NCBI GenBank assembly: GCA_020722205.1
Contig: DYLF01000004.1
Span: forward strand, 17,375-81,374
Length of the DNA stretch: 64,000 nt
Direction of reading: 5' to 3'
Origin: Desulfobacca acetoxidans
Lineage (GTDB): Bacteria > Desulfobacterota > Desulfobaccia > Desulfobaccales > 0-14-0-80-60-11
Shown: in pieces, positions 63,990 to 64,000 of the stretch
How positions within the stretch are numbered: position 1 is the stretch's first letter
Layout: each line of letters starts with the position of its first letter
Position numbers and translations under genes: made by a program
The notes under the pieces: model-generated
Databases searched by the model: none
The model's input: only the letters and a program-made list of their open reading frames with translations
What the model was told of the DNA's origin: nothing

Positions 63990-64000
63990 GGAGAGTAGAA

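Noticed and set aside
1-64000. Search for rRNA, tRNA, tmRNA, RNase P, SRP RNA, CRISPR repeats, IS elements, integrases and toxin-antitoxin or defence-type gene pairs
   Set aside because: I found no T-loop or acceptor-like tRNA signatures, no regularly spaced direct repeats and no transposase or recombinase motifs (DDE, or the tyrosine recombinase R-H-R-Y context) in any ORF. This was a by-eye scan only, so small RNAs could be missed.

Overview
GC-rich, densely coding bacterial chromosome segment. No rRNA, tRNA, CRISPR array, transposase or integrase was recognised. All calls come from reading the ORF-track translations and the DNA by eye, since no database or HMM search was possible. The gene content (sigma-54 activators, futalosine-route menaquinone genes, MJ0042-type zinc ribbon, peroxiredoxin/PerR) suggests an anaerobic, flagellated, Desulfobacterota-like organism, but this is inference only. 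Layout: (1) 1.4-8.7 kb, minus-strand core flagellar operon flgB-flgC-fliE-fliF-fliG-fliH-fliI-fliJ plus an MgtE_N-like gene. Upstream lie a small protein, a TPR-like protein and a FleQ-like sigma-54 activator (8.9-11.8 kb), then a second, orphan NtrC-type response regulator (12.3-13.7 kb). (2) 13.7-20 kb: poorly coding orphan stretch, murJ, a zinc-ribbon/DUF3426 gene pair and a secreted metzincin. (3) 20-24.3 kb: rpmB, rel/spoT, proS. (4) 24.5-27.1 kb: membrane-anchored DUF362 protein and an unknown polytopic protein. (5) 27.4-35.7 kb: a co-directional futalosine menaquinone operon (radical-SAM Mqn enzyme, radical-SAM::MTAP-like fusion, amidohydrolase/deaminase, mqnA, ubiD-, ubiX- and ubiA-like genes). 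A TetR gene sits upstream, and a 30-bp double-palindrome operator occurs before both tetR and the operon. (6) 36.8-39.5 kb: oxidative-stress cluster with a 1-Cys peroxiredoxin, a twice-frameshifted peroxidase-like pseudogene, an encapsulated-ferritin-like protein with no shell gene, and a Fur/PerR regulator with a Fur-type box. (7) 39.8-50.2 kb: small SD-led peptide, YkgJ-like Cys-cluster protein, crotonase, nitrilase-family hydrolase, J-domain protein, moaA and a GT2 + GT-C glycosylation cluster. (8) 50.3-63.5 kb: housekeeping genes truA, argC, rpsI-rplM, ileS-lspA-lgt-cdsA, nitroreductase, cytochrome c, TPR lipoprotein, a DapA-like protein, kpsF/kdsD and a GAF-GGDEF cyclase. The most interesting items are the MqnC/E-family::MTAP-like fusion, which could supply the missing futalosine nucleoside-cleavage step, and the TetR operator pair tying a regulator to the menaquinone operon.
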